From positions 1,736,001 through 1,800,000 of the forward strand of contig JBLDXI010000019.1 in NCBI GenBank assembly GCA_047495785.1: 64,000 bases of DNA, read 5' to 3'. This DNA is from Lepidodermella squamata. Taxonomy: Eukaryota > Animalia > Gastrotricha. The translations under genes and the position numbers were made by a program. The notes under the pieces are model-generated. The model did not search any database. It was not told the origin of the DNA and saw nothing but the letters and a program-made list of their open reading frames with translations. Within the stretch, counting starts at the first letter, position 1. Every line of letters begins with the position of its first letter. This document shows, one piece after another, positions 58,304-64,000 of the stretch.

Positions 58304-60235
58304 TCATGTTCGGGAGCGTTCGAATCGTGGGAATTAATTAATGACGCAAAAGGTATTGACCTAATAACAGCTAATAAAAGAAGGGGATTTGACCGCCGAA
58401 AATCACTTGTCCGACTACTAGAAAAAGCCGAAAATACAGCAGTAGCTGTTAGAATGGAGCTATTTGAATTTTCGTCCCAGTCGGGAGAGTCCAGGCCTAC
58501 TGTCTGGGTTTTTACTTGGTTTTTAGACCTGAAAGAGGCTCAAAAGAGGCCCGAGATTAACGCGCACCTTTCACAAATTTTGCCAGGCATGGTAGAGGCC
58601 AAAATTGGCCTGAGGTTTTGACGCATTTTTAGGGGTAGCCAGGTCCGATTAGGGCTTGAAAAATAACGCTAATCGCAGCAAGCCAAAAATAAACTCACTG
58701 GGGCGCGAATAACGGATTTTTACAGTAAGAAAGGAGGTGATAAATCACAGAGCCCCCCACCCCCCACTCTGACAAATTCGAGCAGCAGATGTCCTCAATT
58801 TCCCGAAGATCAAGCAGCATTCCTCCTTGAAATGACCAAACAATGGTGCTGCATTCGTTTTGGATTCCGTGTCATTCCATCAGCTTTCATTTCCGGCTCG
58901 ACTGGCTCAACGGCACGCTTCATCGAATGGGATCGATAACATGGTTGAGCATGAGATCAACATCTACCAGACATTGACCGGAAATGACCAGTGTTTATCT
59001 TACATTATTTATTTTCGCTTTAGTCAAGAAAACCTTATCGACAGAAGTAATTGCATAATTTATCCTTGTTGTGAAGCGATTGTAATGATTTGAAGAAGAG
59101 ATTAATTTCATGATTGTAATGAGATTAATCATGAGTCTTGTCAGCAACCACCGAGAATGACGTACATTGATTTGAGAGTAACGTAGATAAAATGAATCGG
59201 AATACAAGATATCGGCGCTCTGTTCCGAGAGTCATGACGACTTTAGCTTCGGCCAGCGGGAGATCATGAAAACTTCGACGACGAATGACGGGTGAACATA
59301 GAGAACAGAAGCAAGACTTGTGTAAAACTAGTAACAGTGATCTTGAACTGAGTTGAGTAGATACCATGGAATATATTTGCTCCCTTGTTAGACTTATCAG
59401 TAGATTTGATTCGAGTTAACTTGTGTTTCTCAGTCGCCAGCGGGTAAGAAATGCTTATTTTTTGCGCAAGCGCCAAAATGAAAACCTTGATAAGTTGATT
59501 TGTCAGCTGAGTTAAAAAAGAAAGCATGGCAATTTAGTTCGAAATTGGAAATAATTTTGGATTATTATGTGTTACCTAGGTGACCTATTGTTTCTTGCCT
59601 ATTTGTCCCTTTTTCGGGGACCAATTTCTGCTTTCTGCTTGCCTGATTTTATTTGGAATTTGGTCATTTGAGTGTCTCAAAGCTCAAAGCTTGTTTTAAG
59701 CGGAATGTCGCCTATTTAAAAATAATGATTTTTTCGTTTCAAATTGACACACGACACGCGCCTAAGGTTGGTCGCGTATTATAAGGCCCTGCTCATTATA
59801 ACGGTTGTGCCCTGTAATATTTCATAATTCATAAAATACGGTAAATTAAATTTTGGTTGCAGCAATAGGAAAGGCATTTTTGTTGAAGAAGGCGAACTCA
59901 ACTCACTGAATGCAGTGAATGAGAGGGGAGAGCTGCTTTTTAATTCTATGATGGCATTTTTTCGAGATTTCGAGAAAGGGGCCGTGTGACCGTAAAGGGG
60001 CTCAAGTACTTCTGCCCCTCTAGTTTTCTTAGGGGCGAGACTTAGCTTCAATTCACGCAAATTCATGCAAAGTTTGCCCCTCATTTGACCAAAGATAAGG
60101 ATAAAACTTGGGACTAATAGAGATGGACTCGAAACTTGATGATAAACGCATACAAAATTCTTCTGATCGACCAGCTGGAGGAAAAAAAGGCAGCAAAACA
60201 TCATTTCAATCAAAAATATTTGGAAAAAACTTTGT

Positions 60236-60790
60236 TCATCCGACCAATGTCTTTTTTATCCGACCAATGTCTTATTTCATCCGACAACCAAAAATGTGAC
60301 TAAAATCATCTGACATGAAATATCGATTTTCTCGATTTTCCCAAGTTCCATTTTTCCGTAGGGGCATACCACATTTATGCACCCTATGTTGGCCCCTGAA
60401 CCGGCAGAATTTTATGGTGAAAGATTCATGGCAATCCGAGTAGTCGCTTTTTTGCTGTAATTTTTGAAAATATGAAAAAGCAAGTCGGCTTGTTTTAGTC
60501 ACATTTCGATATTGACTCAGCATTTGGTTTGTGAGCATTCTTTAAAACCGTTCGAAGTCACGTTTCTTTCCAACAGCGCGGATTCTTTTTTTCTATCAAA
60601 AGACGTCATTTTGAAGTCCCGATCCTCTTAACTCATGGTTATGGAATCGGTAGCATAGCTGCGGATCGAATTCAGATAACTATCAGTTTCCTAGGCCTAG
60701 CGATTTAGCAGAGATGACGAAGGAAAAGATCCAGGCTGATCCAGGCTATCGTGTCGGCATTACCAAGTCACATTCCTGGTTGTCGGATGA
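60236..60790. repeat. 20-bp tandem repeat plus 25-bp inverted repeat; probable TE remnant
   Basis: About three units of TTCATCCGACCAATGTCTTT at 60236-60290. TCATCCGACAACCAAAAATGTGACT (60277-60301) is inverted at 60766-60790. Confidence 0.6.
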
Positions 60791-61562
60791 TGGAAAGTTT
60801 TGAGGGTGAATACACGATATCAATGATATTATATTTCAAGAGGCTCCTGTTAAATCATACTTGTGCTTGTCATATTCTGAACACAAAGGGCATTCCCGCC
60901 TACTATGTCTATTAGGTTCTCCTATATAGTGAGTGATTATGCCAGAGTCATTACCGAACATCAAGGATGATTGCACGAAATTTTATGGTGCACAGCCAGT
61001 CCATCTTTAGGGGCATTACGATTACGTAGTTCTATTTTATTGAACTCTAATCGATACTCCGATCCGTAAAAGGGATAGGGTAGCGCGTTGAGCATAAATA
61101 CATACAAAGTATGAGTTGCTATGTACCTTTGAGTTGTTGGACATAAAAATAGCGTTAGATAGCGAAGCATCATCCCGACGAAGAGAAAAAGCGAGCGATT
61201 TTCTTCAAAAGTCTGCATTTCTTATGCGATATCGAACTTTAATCTGCTTTGCCTCGGGCAAGAAATGCAATGACGGTAGAATTTTTCCGACCAACATGAT
61301 ATTAACCAAAGTTAATTAATTTTTCAAGGTGAGCCCGACGCCGGCAAGAAAAGTTGCCAAGCGATGCTACGCCTAATTTATTATTTCACCAGACAGTTTT
61401 CGAAATATATATGTACACAGAGCGGTTAAAAATTGTCCACATCTGCTATGATGTATCATTTATGACATTCGAAAACGGTTCGTCGAGAGAGCAGGGCCAA
61501 CTACAGTTTTGCAAATTTGCCACCGTCATACAAAGACAAAAGGCAGAGAAAAAGACACATAG

Positions 61563-64000
61563 ATGAATGTGATATTATTCGTTTTCCTGAGTTTCATTCC
61601 CGCCTCTTTCGGTGGTACGTTTTTCAAACGCTACCCAGGTAGCAAAATAGTCCCGACCCCGAGCAGTGGACTGGCTAATTTGAACAACTTCACCATAAAT
61701 TCAGCTGTAACGGCGAACGAAGAGTCGATTTGCGCCGCATTATGCAGTTCAGATGTTCAATGCCTCGCTTTGATGTACAAGATGAGTACAAAAGCCTGCA
61801 CCACGTTGAATGTCACGCCCGAGGCCTCAACAACTGCGATGCTAAGCGGTGATCCTGACTTCACAGCTATTGTCGTCAATTGGCAGGCTAGTCTTGCCAG
61901 AACAGGTCAATGTCAGAAGAAATACTGCAGAAACGCGTGGTATTATGATGCAATCAAACGGAAGGCGGATGAGGCAACATGTTGGAAAGCGGATGATTCC
62001 ATGGCTTACAACTGCCCGATTGAAACGCTGGACTACGACACGAGCTATGTCACGGATTTCGGCTATAGCTCCAGCCCGGTTACGACTAACACACAACTCA
62101 GCTTACCGTTGGAGCCTGCGAGTTTCGCTCGAATGACGGCTGGCCACTTCTCTCGAGCTTGTCTAGCTTCTGGCTCACCTGTTGGGAGTTGGTACAAGGT
62201 CGATTTCCAGCGTTACGTATGGCTGAGTCAGTTCTGGTACGAGTGTTCGGACAACTTGTGCCTTCAAGAATTCAGGATGGAAACCAGCCTTGACGATGTT
62301 TACTACCAATCGATTACAAGTGGTCGGGGGAAGCAAGTGGTAAGGATAAGAAAATCAACCTTCTCAATTCACGTTCTACTTCCTTTCTCATTCCAGAAAA
62401 TCCTGAGAGGAATTCAATCTGGGACTGTGAATTACAAAACGTTCAACCCCACACTTCTCCGTTACTTCAAAGTCACGACTACATTTGCGAATGGCACATT
62501 CTATTGCGCCAACTTCAAATTCGAAGGCTGCCCAGCTAACTGTATGGAACCTCTTGGAATGGAGAGCGGTGAAGTTTCGAATAATCAGGTATCGGCGCCA
62601 GGAACTTTATCTGCTTCCTTTCTATTTCGCCTGAACTGGGGTATGGCAGGGGCGAATAATCCGTCGAATCTGATCATCGACCTTCTGAAGCAAACTGTTG
62701 TAACTGCCGTGGAAGTGCAGGGCTGCAAAGTTCAAAATGCTTGGGTTACTTCCTTCTCTTTTCAATACAAGGCACGATATTCGGATGCATGGACAAACGT
62801 GGCTGATACAAAGGGATCGAAAGTATTTGGTGGCAACAACGATCCCACAACAGTTGTAACGATCAAATTTCCAAAAGCAGTCACCGGGCAGTTCTTCAAC
62901 ATAGTTCCAAACACTTTTTCAACTGCCGTTTGCTATCGAGTAGAGCTGCTTGGTTGTAAAAGTAAGCACGCAAGTTGAGAAATCTGACAATATGAAATGT
63001 GATTTTCAGATGCGCCCAATTACCTGAGAAATTTAGCAGTAAACGCTGCAGTATTGACGCCTTCCTACGAAACAAGCCCTATGTCCAAGTTTTCTGATCC
63101 CTCGGTTTTGACAAATCCGAGAATAGTGAGAAAACAACACATTCAAAATTGCACTCGAATCACCACGGCGACGACTGGTGCTCGGCCTTATGTTACCATT
63201 GATCTTGGCAGTAGTATGCCTATCACTTCTGTTGAAATAACTACCCCGTCTTGGCCTCCTGCAATGGGCCTCAACCCAGATGGCCTTTGGCTGTTTGATG
63301 TTCTGCGGGGAGGAGACGATTTATCCGAGAATGGAAACCATGCAGTATTCTCTTCCTCACTGGCGTACGGCCCTGGTGTTGATGGAAGGCCACTTGGAGC
63401 TCTGCAGTGGAACAATATCGAGAGATACGTCATAATCCGAACGAACAACATTCAGAAGCTAGACACAACAAGCGGCTGGACCTACGCACTCTGGGTATAC
63501 TACTCATCTGCAAACAGCGAAATATTTTTAATGCGGAATGCAGTGGGAAATTGGTAAGCCAGTGGAAAAACATATCGTTAACGACGCGCCAAAACAACCA
63601 CTTAGATGACTCATTCGATCGTACTTTTAGTCGCCTAACGTAATGGTGAAGTACGTTAGGCCTTTTGAACACCGATTTTTTCCTAATTTCGAACGTACTT
63701 TTCTCATAAAATCTATAAATAGTAAGGTGGTTGTTTTGGCGCGTCGCTAACGATATTGCTGTGCATATTTCGTGGATTATTTTTTCCAGGCAGTCGAAAC
63801 TTAACATTAAAATTGTAGCAAACACTAGAGCAGTTAAACTGGGGTTCACAGCGGGCCAGACTTCTCAAAATACGTCTTGGGTTTGGCCATCGGGGTCTGA
63901 TGTTGTTGTCCCTCAAAATCGCTGGTTTTTCTTCGCACTAACCGTTGACTGTGCCAGTGGAATTTCTCGACTTTACATCGACAATTATGACCGAGCAATC
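61563..64000 (+). CDS. Secreted mosaic lectin-like protein, copy 3 (5' part; runs off the window)
   Basis: Signal peptide, PAN, 2xFA58C, F-lectin N-half (NLAVN...PYVTIDLG...ITTP) and LamG1, colinear with copies 1 and 2. Confidence 0.88.
63572..63756. mobile_element. MITE in an intron of lectin copy 3
   Basis: ~33-bp TIRs ATATCGTTAACGACGCGCCAAAACAACCAC / GTGGTTGTTTTGGCGCGTCGCTAACGATAT. The equivalent intron is only ~55-60 nt in copies 1 and 2. Confidence 0.85.

Noticed and set aside
58800-59527. Overlapping short minus-strand ORFs suggesting a decayed gene
   Set aside because: Multiple stops, no recognisable motif and no consistent splice model.

Overview
Compact invertebrate animal (probably spiralian) nuclear DNA with GT-AG introns mostly about 50 nt long, so most genes are split across several ORFs of the track. 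1-20 kb: a minus-strand cluster of divergent two-DNA-binding-domain nuclear receptors (3 apparently intact copies, 1 pseudogene, 1 orphan last exon). It is interleaved with a cytosolic sulfotransferase and a GABA-B-type class C GPCR, was shaped by a local duplication with reciprocal gene loss, and contains a 4.7-kb TIR element carrying nested MITEs. 21-30 kb: a RhoGAP lacking the arginine finger, and a head-to-head pair of NEK-like pseudokinase-ankyrin paralogs sharing a 307-bp promoter with an RFX X-box-like motif. 31-45 kb and 61.5-64 kb: three paralogous large secreted mosaic lectins (PAN, discoidin/FA58C, LamG, F-type lectin) in which one F-type lectin domain appears split by roughly 950-1,000 aa of inserted domains. 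45-58 kb: a chitin-binding/LamG (Pif-like) gene, a papain-family protease with no evident first exon, a homeobox ceramide-synthase-like gene with an altered Lag1p motif, an ankyrin-SOCS gene, an orphan mucin/Cys-rich secreted protein and a second tail-less GABA-B-like GPCR. No rRNA, tRNA or CRISPR array was recognised. All calls come from manual translation and motif recognition; no database searches were run.
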